DNA of 64,000 bases from Octopus bimaculoides. Lineage: Eukaryota. The stretch lies in assembly GCF_001194135.2 (NCBI RefSeq), contig NC_069003.1, positions 28,779,225-28,843,224 on the forward strand. Direction: 5' to 3'. Position 1 is the first letter of the stretch; every line of letters starts with the position of its first letter. Under the pieces are notes generated by a model, which searched no databases, was not told the DNA's origin, and was given only the letters and a program-made list of their open reading frames with translations. The position numbers and the translations under genes were made by a program. Below, piece by piece: positions 52,379 through 64,000 of the stretch.

Positions 52379-53460
52379 GTACAGAGTATAACATTAATCA
52401 ATGAATGGCAATGAAGACTAATCAATTTCTTGGTCACGTAATCAATTACTGTTACTGCTATAAGAAAGTGTACACTCAGAGCACTATTTAAATATTGGAA
52501 TAAGTTCTGTTGCGTGCTGACTTGTTCAGACATTTTCAGTAAAAATCCATAGTTTAAACGCCGCACCATCTCTTCGCTTTACATGGATAGTGTGTATTTA
52601 CCATTTGCTAAAAGCTTTGAAAGAAACTTATTATTCCTTATTCCTTGCTGCTCCATGCATTACTAAAAGAAGACATTCCAGTAGACAACATTCATTAGGA
52701 TCTCACTAAATTATTTCCTTGAATGACGTGTACATCATAGATTATGTTATTTCAAAATTAGAAAATTGCTGACACGAGCCAAAATTGGTGCTTGCATATG
52801 AGCGCTTGTATATGAGCTGCCAGAAATAACAATCAAATCTTACTGAAGCAACAGTCTGTTGAATAAAGAATAAAGAAAGCATTAAATAATTGTAAAATTG
52901 ATTGCAATACGCTGATTAACTTATGTTATACAGACCAACCCGAACAGAACACTACGAGGAGTAAACTGCACCGCCATCAACAACATTGTTGACATCAAGA
53001 AATGTTTACAAATTCTATATTTTTGTTGTTTAGCTTCAACCCTGAGCAGCAAATACATAATCAAATGCCACAGAACCTGTTGTTGAGTGTTCCACGCAAG
53101 AGGAATCGATGATAGAGGTGTCGAAACAATTGTCGTGATTAATGATAAATTCTCGTATATTACATCTTCTGTCTTTCATTTGCTATATATANNNNNNNNN
53201 NNNNNNNNNNNNNNNNNNNNNNNNNNNNNNNNNNNNNNNNNNNNNNNNNNNNNNNNNNNNNNNNNNNNNNNNNNNNNNNNNNNNNNNNNNNNNNNNNNNN
53301 NNNNNNNNNNNNNNNNNNNNNNNNNNNNNNNNNNNNNNNNNNNNNNNNNNNNNNNNNNNNNNNNNNNNNNNNNNNNNNNNNNNNNNNNNNNNNNNNNNNN
53401 NNNNNATATATACATATATATATATACATATATATATATGTATACATATATATATATATG

Positions 53461-53491
<31 letters not shown>

Positions 53492-54400
53492 AACGAACAT
53501 AGATGCATAAATATACATGCATACATACACACATACACACACAGACATAAATAATATATATACAAACACACATACATACATATAGATTGATACATAGACA
53601 GCTAGGTAATAACAATATCTACATCTCACGTAAAAAAATAAAACGGATATTATACACAAATTTATATGTGTGTGTGAGTATATGTGTGTGAGTGTGTGTG
53701 AGTGTTTTCGTGTATGTGTATGTATGTATGTATGTGTGTGGCATATGACATATTACTTATGAGGAAGATCTTTATCAAAACATACTGTAACAGAATTTAG
53801 TATTTCCATTAAATAGATTAAATCCCACATCACACTTTATATTTAAGTTTATGTAATGTCCAACATATATCATATTTTTTTGTATATACGTTAAACCATA
53901 TTGACAAATATGTTTTTACTAATTCAATTTGGTAGTGTGTCAGTTTATTGCAGTATATCTGTTGTTTCCAGCAATTCGAGCAGCGAGCATGTGGCTCCAT
54001 AAATGAATATTGAAATCCAGTCGGCAATACTTGAAAATCTTTTTCGCATTAACCAACGGTAATACAAAAACAATTCTCTCAGACTGACTTCAACGTATAA
54101 TATGAGACTATTAAGAACTTATAGGGTATTACTGACGCACACAACTATGGGTGCACTGCATTTCATAGCAGAAACAGTTGTAAGCTAATGAAGTTTATAG
54201 GATAATTTTTATTCCTTTGTCATATTATATGTGTGTGTTTGTGTATGTATGTGTGTGTGTGTGTGTAGAAAGTGACGAAATGCTGGAACTGAATAAGTAC
54301 CAAGTTTAAAAGAGTACTGGTGCTAATTGGTTCAGCTAAAATTGTTTAAGGCAGTTCCCATACATAGCGGCAGCCTAATGCCTCACGCGACTGAAAAATG

Positions 54401-54486
54401 TTTCCCTCACCTCTGCAATTTCCCTTGTTTATTACCTCGGTCGTTATTTATTTCTCGATATTATCTGAGCTTGTTCTTAGTTTGCA
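54401..54486 (+). repeat. Dispersed direct repeat, copy 1 (about 88 bp)
   Basis: atttcccttgtttatt.cc..ggtcgttatttatttct.gatat.atctgagctt is shared with 55646-55733. Confidence 0.85.
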
Positions 54487-54980
54487 TTGTATATATTATT
54501 ACAAAACAAAATTTACGAGAGAAGATAATAAACATCATTGTCTATTTTCGTTGGTTATCTCTATGAACTCTTTGTTATTTTTACTAATAAACCGTAGCAA
54601 TAACATTTTTGAACAACTAAAAATACAAAAAATATAGGACAGAAATAAACAGAGGCCATAGTGATGAATGGTGGAAAATCGACTGTTTAAATATTGTCAA
54701 TCAACAATCAAACAATGCTTGTACGGACTATCACTATCCAATTTTATTGTTCATCTTAGTCAAGCTGTCAGAGGGATTGTGGTTTATGTCGTCACAATTC
54801 TGATTAATATAAGTTTTGGCTTGTCATTCTCTGCTACCACAGAAAATCTTCACAAGCACTTTCGACTTAAGCTCTCGAGCCATGCCCTGCGAATCTGACT
54901 CTTCGGTATTTGGTGATGTCTTATACTTGCAAATTCCTATACAATTGCTCATAGCTCAGATGATCTCTTCCAACAACCTT

Positions 54981-55455
<475 letters not shown>

Positions 55456-55634
55456 ACTCTGTCGGTTACGGTGACGAGTGTTCCAGTTGATCCGATCAAC
55501 GGAACGACCTGCTCATGTCATTAACCTGCAAGTGACTGAGCACTCCACGGACACGCGTACCGTTAACGTAGTACTCATGGAGATTTGGCGAGAAAGAATG
55601 TGGAAAGGCTGCACCTTTCAATTACAGGTACAAC
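55456..55634 (-). mobile_element. SINE family B/B2 shared 3' tail module, tail-to-tail with SINE C
   Basis: gttccagttgatccgatcaacggaac...caattacaggtacaac matches 4380-4535. Confidence 0.85.
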
Positions 55635-55645
55635 TTTGTTATTTG

Positions 55646-55733
55646 TTTCCTTCATCTCTGGATTTCCCTTGTTTATTCCCTTGGTCGTTATTTATTTCTA
55701 GATATGATCTGAGCTTATTCTTATTAGTTTGTT
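55646..55733 (+). repeat. Dispersed direct repeat, copy 2
   Basis: See 54401-54486. Confidence 0.85.
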
Positions 55734-57100
55734 CATAAAATGGAGCAATTGTTTAGAAGGTCAGGGATTTCTGGAAGATCTGTAAAAGAACATTTGGAAG
55801 ATAATTAAGTATTGTTTACTTTTCTAGGAGGAAATAAATAAGTAGCATCGCAACTGTAAACAAATTTTGTAAAGAAATTAGTGCTTTGTTTCTCATACGA
55901 ACATATCTTTCATAGATACTGGAAGATATCTTCGTCTATTTTAAGAATAGATTTCTAAGCAGACAAACTGTTATATTGAACAAAATGAGATTAAGTTTGT
56001 CGAGTATAAATACTTAAGTAATTGAATACTGTAATTTGTTGCTTTCACGCATAAAACAATAGACATCTGGTGCTCAGGTGATTTAAGGTTTGACAAGTAA
56101 TTTTTTATAGCCTCATTAATAGTCTGTAACGATATTAAAAGTCAACGGAGTCAAAATCTATGTAAATAACCTATTTATAGATTTTTATGAATTCAGAATT
56201 GTCTTTCAAATACTTTTATACGGAATATTAATTGCTTTCCTAAATTAATTTCCTAAAATAATAATTCTCACTTATACCATAAATGCTATTACCTTGAAAA
56301 TAATTACCATTCTCCAAAATTAAAGAATTAAGCAAAGCTTCCCATAGGGAGATTTTATTTGGCTGCAGAGAAGACATGTATTATCAAAATGTTCTTTTGT
56401 TAATAAGAAAATAAAACAATTCAATTTATGTCTATGCTGAAAGGAATTTCTCCACAGAATACTTTTTTAATACACCTGTCACTTTTTATGTTCTTGGTCG
56501 AAGAGATAAAACTATCACTTTCTCCCACTTCATTTCTCTCTCTCCTCCTCTCCCCTCTTTCCCTCTCTTTTAATTTAGACATGCTCAGGCAAAAATACGA
56601 TCGTATTTTGGCATGGGTATATCTGCATTAACATTATTATGATATTAATTTATGACAATTACTATATTTTATAACTGTATATATCTTTATATTATGTATT
56701 AATTTTAATGGTACACTGCACTTTTCTCGGTTCGTTATTTAATGTTTTCATTATGTTTTCAATATGATATATATTCATTTTTTTTAGTACTTTCTTCCCT
56801 GAGTATATTCTGGCTTATAATAATTAATCAAATTGATTTAGTTAAATTATAGTTGATTGATTTTATATCATAAACGATGAATTGAAACAATTGTAGCTCT
56901 TATCAATGTATTAATAAATTTTTATTAATCTTATTTCCATCTTTTCTCTTGCTTATGCTAATAATAATATATTCCACCAATCTAATCTTGCATATCTATC
57001 CCTCTGAGGTTTATATATCCTCACTCCTATTTTAATACACACACACACATACACATACATAGAAAGATAGATATAGGTATATATGCGTATGTAAATACAC

Positions 57101-57497
57101 TTTTACTCTTTTTACTCTTTTACTCGTTTCAGTCATTTGACTGCAGCCATGCTAGGGTACCGCCTTCAAGACTTATCATTTGTAAACCTAGTACTTATTC
57201 TATGTTTTTTTGTTTTTTTTTTGCCGAAACGCTAAATTACGCTAAGTTACGTATGTAAACACACTAACATCGGATGTCAAGCGATGATGGTGGGGTTGAC
57301 ACAGACACATAAACACGCGCACACCTGCACACACATATATATAGGGGGCTTCTTTCTCTTTCCGTCTACCAAATCCACTCAAAAGGCTTTGGTTGGCCCG
57401 AGGCTATAATAGAAGTCACTTGCCCAAGGTGAAACGCAGTGGGACTGAAACCAGAACCATGTGGTTGGCATGTCCGCTTCTTACCACATAGCCACGC
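57101..57497 (-). mobile_element. SINE family C, full-length (tRNA head, CORE-like domain, internal microsatellite, (TTTTACTC)n tail)
   Basis: Minus head gcgtggctatgtggtaagaagc...ggttctggtttcagtcccactgcg, CORE-like caccttgggcaagtgactt, and a tandem 8-mer tail. Confidence 0.92.
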
Positions 57498-57747
57498 TAT
57501 ATATTAGGTCATCCCATAGATAATTATATATATGTGTTTGTGTATACAACTCCGTTTTATACAACAGAAGTAATATTAGATTAAAAGCGACTTTTGTGTA
57601 TTATACTATATCGAAATGCATCGCATGGCAAATTTCCTGTGACATTCTTTAAGTCGTATATCGGTACTTTGTCTAAAGATGCAATATATATCGATGCCAG
57701 ACGAAATAAACTCACACAATAACACACATCCACACACATATAAAGAG

Positions 57748-57803
<56 letters not shown>

Positions 57804-59152
57804 GGAAAGAGAATGAGAAAGGCAGACGGAGACTAAAAGAATCCATCCAGTGCTATTAAAACGCATTGTAACTTTGTAAGCTTACAGTAGTATATATTTT
57901 TCTAAACATACAATATAGATTGTGTCATAAAATATAGCAGAGGTTTCGACACAACGTGTGTTTTCGTGTTTTACTGTTTGGACATCATATCAGATAGATC
58001 AGATTAATTTTGTTGCGTTTTAGCGTCTCCCTAAAGATCGCTTACTTAATTCCTTTCCAAAACAAAAATATTAATTTATTTCTATATACATGTGCACAAA
58101 CATGATTACTACTTAATTTGCCCGAGGGTCTCCTGATGTGTGTTAATTGGTTTCAAAAATTTCTGTAGTACGTTTCATGGGCGATGGGGGAATGAAAAAC
58201 TAGGGATGTAATTGTAAATCATTGGCGACCGTGCATTTTGTAAAAACCACGTTTGACTGCAAACACTGTTTATTTTATCCAGGGTTAGGATAGAGAATCG
58301 ATCTGACTGATTATGTGCACACATACGTACGAAATGCTTCTACACACATACACACACTGATGCGCACACATATACACATATAGAAGCGTGCATGCATATA
58401 CGCATACATGACACCACTCATATATGCGTGAGCTAACATACGTGTGTTAGTGTGAGCGTGTGCGTGTGCGTGTGTGTATGCGTATTTGGGTGTCTATATT
58501 TTGTGCATTATATTATGCGCACATGAATATCTAAGATTTTCTTTTTGAAAATATTATCGCTCCTATGGCCATCTTGCAATTACGAAGATAAAAGGAAAAA
58601 AAAAAAATTCTTTTCGTTACTATTCGATGATAAATGGTGCTGGATCATTTGTTCTAAATCTTATTCTGTGTAATATTTAAAAATGATTAATGATAATTGT
58701 AACATTCAGGCTATGAAAAAGTAATTTCAAAACAGATGAATGAAGTCTTAATCATTTGAAAATTATGTAGTATTTTCGCAAGTCACATATTCTTCTTTTG
58801 TATTCAACTTATTTTCTCCGGTCGCTGAAAAGTAATTTTTTACAGTTCTGACAAAACTTATTCATTATATAAGTTTTGGTTTGTTTTATGTTATAATTAT
58901 AATGTATGAATTATAAAAATAGAATGAAATGAAACTTCCGTTAGTAATGGAAGCTTAATCGAATGAAGCGCTCATAGATATAATAAAAACAGACATTCAA
59001 CTGAAACGTCTGAATAGCGCAATTAACAAATAGTAATTTGTGTGGGAAATCTTAAAAGAAATAATTCTGTTACGTTAAGTGAAATGACGAATAAATGTAG
59101 GTATATAGATATTATGTTCAAATTTCACTATGATAACTTCATCGTAATTACT

Positions 59153-59188
59153 CTGACGAAGGCTGTGTAGATATCATTCTTTAGAAAC
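59153..59188 (+). ncRNA. Degenerate hammerhead remnant
   Basis: CTGACGA-a-ggctg-tgtagata-tcattc-ttta-GAAAC; stem II has decayed. Confidence 0.3.
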
Positions 59189-61333
59189 TTAAAGAATTAC
59201 TTTGAATGATTCATTAAGAAATCAATTTCCACTTTTAACGATGCATCATGTAACTGTCTTATTATAGACACCCACAGGCGCCACTTTTATGGCTATAAAA
59301 CCAAGCGAGTCATTATGGCTTAGTAAATAACTTTCGGCTATGTTACTGTAGTTTCTCTAAGCTCTTATACATTTTAAGTAACAATTTGAGACATGAAAGA
59401 GCCTGCTCCTATTTCTATCTCAAATCATTGCTTAGAATTTCTAACATGATTTACATTAAACTCTTTGTGGTTAATTCCTAATCTTATATCGTGTGCAGCA
59501 GTTTCGTGTTCCCTTGGAAAATCAATGCAACTGCGGCTATCATATTTCGTTACTAATACGTTACAGGCGCCTAAGCAGTGATGACCGAACGAGTATTTTA
59601 ACAAATGAAATTAATTGGCAATGTAGGGAAAAGAACAATTTCTTCGTTAAATGAATTTTATAAAAAGGGAAACTTTTCTGAGATCTTAGCCTTAGGCAAT
59701 TTGTCTGATTCAATATTACTTGTTCGAAATCTAAGACACCTTGTAAATAATTTAATGATCTTGCATTTCATTAACTGTCTATTGTAAAATGAATCATCTC
59801 AGCCCACTGGGAGTTGCGTCAAGGCATCATTAGTCCACAAGGCTGATTGCGATAAGCTGAAGCCGTTCGGCGAAGTGATACGCCTCGATATAATATTGGT
59901 TGACAGTGTGGTCACTGTGAGTGTGTGTATGTTTATGTGTATGCGTTTATGTGTGTATGTTTATGTGTGCATGTATGTGTGTATTTATATATATGTATGT
60001 GTGTGTTTATGCTTCTGTGTTTATGTGAACGGATATTTGAAGAGACATTGTTTGATCCAGGGTTCTATGTTACGCATTCAGGAATAAGTTACCTCAGCGT
60101 TATGTAATTTGAAAAGTTTCTGTTATTTGTGAAAGTTATTCATGAAAGCTTGCGGTGACTTCGAACTTTTACGGTGGATTAAACCTGATTACATTCCTCT
60201 TACTGGCTCAAACTCGCTGGTTTTCACTAAACAGCTCCTTGATAACAAATCACAATTCTATAAAAAATAATTAATAGCGACGGAAGACGGAAGGTAATCT
60301 TTATATCTAACCTATCATTGATTTCTTGTAGAACACCGAATACTGAGCTATTAGCCTTGAGTGATCTTCTCTTATTGACACTTGGTGCATAAAAGCACAA
60401 ACATAAATTATAGTAGATGATACTCGTCTGCTTCCGCTGCTAATGATTAATCTTTAATTAGCCTGTTGAATATTTGCGACAACTGTGTCTTAAAAGATAC
60501 TAATATTCTATAAATCGTAGCAGCAAAATTTAATTGGCTTGCAGTGAACGGGCGCTTCCAACTCACGATTTCCATTAGAATGAAATCACACCATATGGGA
60601 GTTCTGACGCGTATGTTAGATGACTTTCGTCTGCTGCGATCTATATGTGTGCTTTTATCCATTGTATGACTATAACAGACGATCTCTCAAGTATCATAAC
60701 GCAGTAGTCGATTTTCTAACAAGACATCTATGTTAATTTGTACATAATTGCCTGAATTCCAATCACAAGTTACAGCGAAATTCATGTAGTAATTGTCCCA
60801 AATGGGGAATAAATTTGAATGAGTTATATTCCGTTACCGGCAAAGACACCGCTTGGGTGATTTCAGAAATATACAAACGCCCATTCACTTCAGTTTATGA
60901 ATGCCGTAACAATTGTCTTTCAACAATTGGCTTTTCAGAAATTAAGACAGATCTGTGAAATGACTATTTCTGAAAGCGATATACTACTGTTGTTTATAAC
61001 GAGTACTACCGCCCTCTACAACGCACAGCAGTACACAAATAAAGAATCTGAATCTACAACAAATACGATCATGTGATGAGCCGTAACCAAACAACCGATA
61101 TTGCAAAAGAATGTATATCATTATAACTTTCACTATCGAAAATATTATCAAATATATATTATAAAGTGTCGTAAATATGTATCTCGTTTGCCTACCCGCG
61201 CTAAACATGCAGTGATGTTGGAAATAGAAGTGTATCCACGGATAAGCTTGCATACATGCGTGCGTACTTTTATATATGTAATCGTTCCTCCCTCAATTCC
61301 TCTGTGCGTGCGTGTTTATATGTGTGTGCATGT

Positions 61334-61410
<77 letters not shown>

Positions 61411-61562
61411 TCGACACAGAGGTATGCGGGAGTTAAGAAAATAACTCACGGAGTGACGACCGTAACCTGCTGCTTGCCTATAGCGATATAACACGCTGTG
61501 TAAGATTCTTAGCGCCATTTTGTCCGTCTCTCTACTGGTAACCAGGCTGTCTACTGAATTCC

Positions 61563-61911
61563 AATATTGGTTTCAAATGTTGGAACATGGCCCAAAATTT
61601 CAGGGGAGCAGGTAAGTCGATTACCTCGACCACCTTAATAGTCGACTGTGACTTACTTTATCAACCCCTAAAGAGAAAGACAACCTCGGCAGAATTTGTA
61701 CTCCGAACGCAATGACGGGCGGAATACCGCTACGTACTTCGCTAGGCGTGCTAAGAATTCACATAGCTCACTACATTAGGCTGACTGCTAATAATAATGA
61801 GATATCTTCTTTCATCCTTTCATTATCTATTGACGACTGGCGCCAATGTAATCGATTTACATGCGTCCCTAAAACTTGCTGGCCTTGTGCCAAAAATTTG
61901 AAACCAATATT
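61563..61911. mobile_element. Inverted (head-to-head) pair of SINE A copies
   Basis: Minus copy 61563-61770 and plus partial copy 61807-61911. Outer ends aatattggtttcaaat...ggcc and ggcc...tttgaaaccaatatt are reverse complements. A further plus-strand A fragment lies at 62380-62470. Confidence 0.85.
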
Positions 61912-63343
61912 AGTGAGATATTTATCAGCTTGTACTGTATTTATATGAATTCGTTCATACTGCATTGTTCAATGCTTCTTGCATTGCATTAGTCTTAAAT
62001 GATATATTTACGTCTACATCTATCAGATTTCACTGATAAAATTATACGCTATTTCAATTCATTTATAGTAAATCTATTTTACTTTCAAGCTTAGTGTAAT
62101 AACATTATATCATTATCTCATTTGCTTTAGTGTATATTTTATTTAGAAAAAAAACAACTCTAAAATTACTTTCACGAGATTTACGATGAAACACACTAAA
62201 ACTTCTTTACATTTATCAACAAACTGTCCCTGAAAACTTGTGATGCATCTTATACTGCAGCAAATCTTGTGTATGTGTGTACACATACACAGATGCATGC
62301 ATGAAGAGACACACACAAGGCATCAGAAAATGGGGTGGACACAATTGGTTTTTAATATATTGCTGTATTTCAATATTTAGCCTAAGCACCAGTTGAACGC
62401 TAGGGTCGATGTTAACAATTTACCTCCTCCCGATATTGCTGAACTTGTGTCCAAATTGGAAACCGATATTTAGCGGTATTTGGTTATGACCATTACAATG
62501 CGTTTTACCGTTTATCATACTGGAATCTTTATGTGACTCACGAAATAGCTCAATTCCAAAATCACAGTTTTTGCCTCCCACCTTCCACACTGCTCCCATA
62601 ATTATGAAGCAGTTTTCTTTACCAACACACCTAATCCATAATTTCGTCCCCACAATATTCATACAACGTTTGTCGTCGTCCGTTGTGTATATTTACTTTA
62701 AGTAATATCTTTCTTTCAAACATTGCGAAAGTAAGAAATTTTCGGCCATTCATGCATCCTGCCAAAATGATCGTATAGTGAGTCGCATTATCACATTTTT
62801 AACAGTCACAGGTTTTTCATCTTTATATCCTGCCTTCTTGTTTGATCGTCTTTCTAACATCAGATGCACATCGTCCATACATGCTCTCTGTAAAAGTTTA
62901 AAATATTTTACGTTGAACATGTGTGAAACTAAACGATTTACTTTTCCTAAGCATTTCACGCAATGTGCCATGTTTGTGGCTTTAAACACTTCTCCTCAAA
63001 AAAGTACTCCATTTAAGCTTTGATCAAGAAATCTTGTAAAATAAGTACAATTTTTCTTTTTTTTTTTTTGAGAAAATATGCAGCCGAAAATGTTATAAAA
63101 CAGATGAACATCCATTCTCTGATTCCAATCTAAACCATCTTGTAGATATAAGGCTATACGCTACACTGTCTTCTTCCTCTTTTAAAACATGACACACACA
63201 TCGTCTTTTTCAATGCGATGACGTTGTGTACATTTGAAGACAATATTACAATAAAAGTACAGATTATATAACGTACTATTTCAGACCGTACATTGCATTA
63301 TGTCTCTAAATCATATTTTGACAAAATCCATGAATATATATTA

Positions 63344-63381
63344 CCTGGGTTCTCATTCCTAAGGTATTTTTCGATGTTATT

Positions 63382-63475
<94 letters not shown>

Positions 63476-63552
63476 TCACTGCCTGGAATCAAATTCGGAA
63501 TCATGGGGCTAGTAACCCGAGATCTTAACCACTACGCCATATGTCCACGTGC
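63344..63552 (-). mobile_element. Short tRNA-derived SINE head with long (AAT)n tract
   Basis: Minus strand gcacgtggacatatggcgtagtggttaagatc...ccgaatttgattccaggcagtgacctga (box A TGGCGTAGTGG), then (AAT)n at 63377-63470, then catcgaaaaataccttaggaatgagaacccagg. Confidence 0.85.
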
Positions 63553-64000
63553 AAGATGAGGACAAGTATCCGACAATTGAAAATAATGTAAATAGTGTAA
63601 CTAATACGATGAGTTTCGATGCATAGTGTTATGCACAATGTTATGTGGCCTGTTCAGGGAATTATGTACAGTTTGTATAGCAGAATTCTGTTTACAGAAT
63701 TATTGTTGTACACTGTATATTTCGAAGTAAATTTGCATATAACAAAGTTTATATTCTAGTAGTTTTGGTATTAGAGCATCAGGGACATTTTAGTTGCGTC
63801 TATAGATAGGTTGTTATGTTTCCTATAACATTCTTATGGGGGTCATATTGAAATTCCGTGTAACTTTGTCCACAGCTGGTGAAGGCATTTCACGATAAAA
63901 TATTTGGTCTTTGCTATCGATTTTTAAATTACAGAGAATTACCTTTGGTATTATCACAACTACCTCGTGTAAATACGTATGTATGTATATATATATATAT

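Noticed and set aside
61410-61550. YY1-like gcgccattttg motif as a promoter
   Set aside because: A single short motif with no other support.
62420-62989. Two minus-strand ORFs of about 80 aa
   Set aside because: No motif recognised; one ends in a SINE A fragment.

Overview
AT-rich, repeat-dense eukaryotic DNA with about 6 kb of N in 15 assembly gaps, most of which abut (TA)n or (CA)n tracts. The SINE and transposon complement matches what I recall of octopod cephalopods (Octopus-like); this is recall, not a database result. No intact protein-coding gene can be supported, and nearly every ORF in the supplied track is a microsatellite or gap artefact. The window is a mosaic of tRNA-derived SINEs (labelled here A, B, B2, C and a short TAA-tailed one), RTE and R4/Dong non-LTR fossils, mariner/Tc1 fossils and a mariner MITE. 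The most striking unexplained structure is three sequence-unrelated foldback elements (15.7, 23.5-23.9 and 29.9-30.4 kb). Each is two divergent inverted arms, and each arm carries a type I hammerhead ribozyme motif. The copy at 30023-30089 (minus strand) keeps every conserved core nucleotide. Two further solo degenerate hammerheads occur at 13.7 and 59.2 kb. This pattern points to a dense population of non-autonomous Penelope-like (retrozyme-like) elements.
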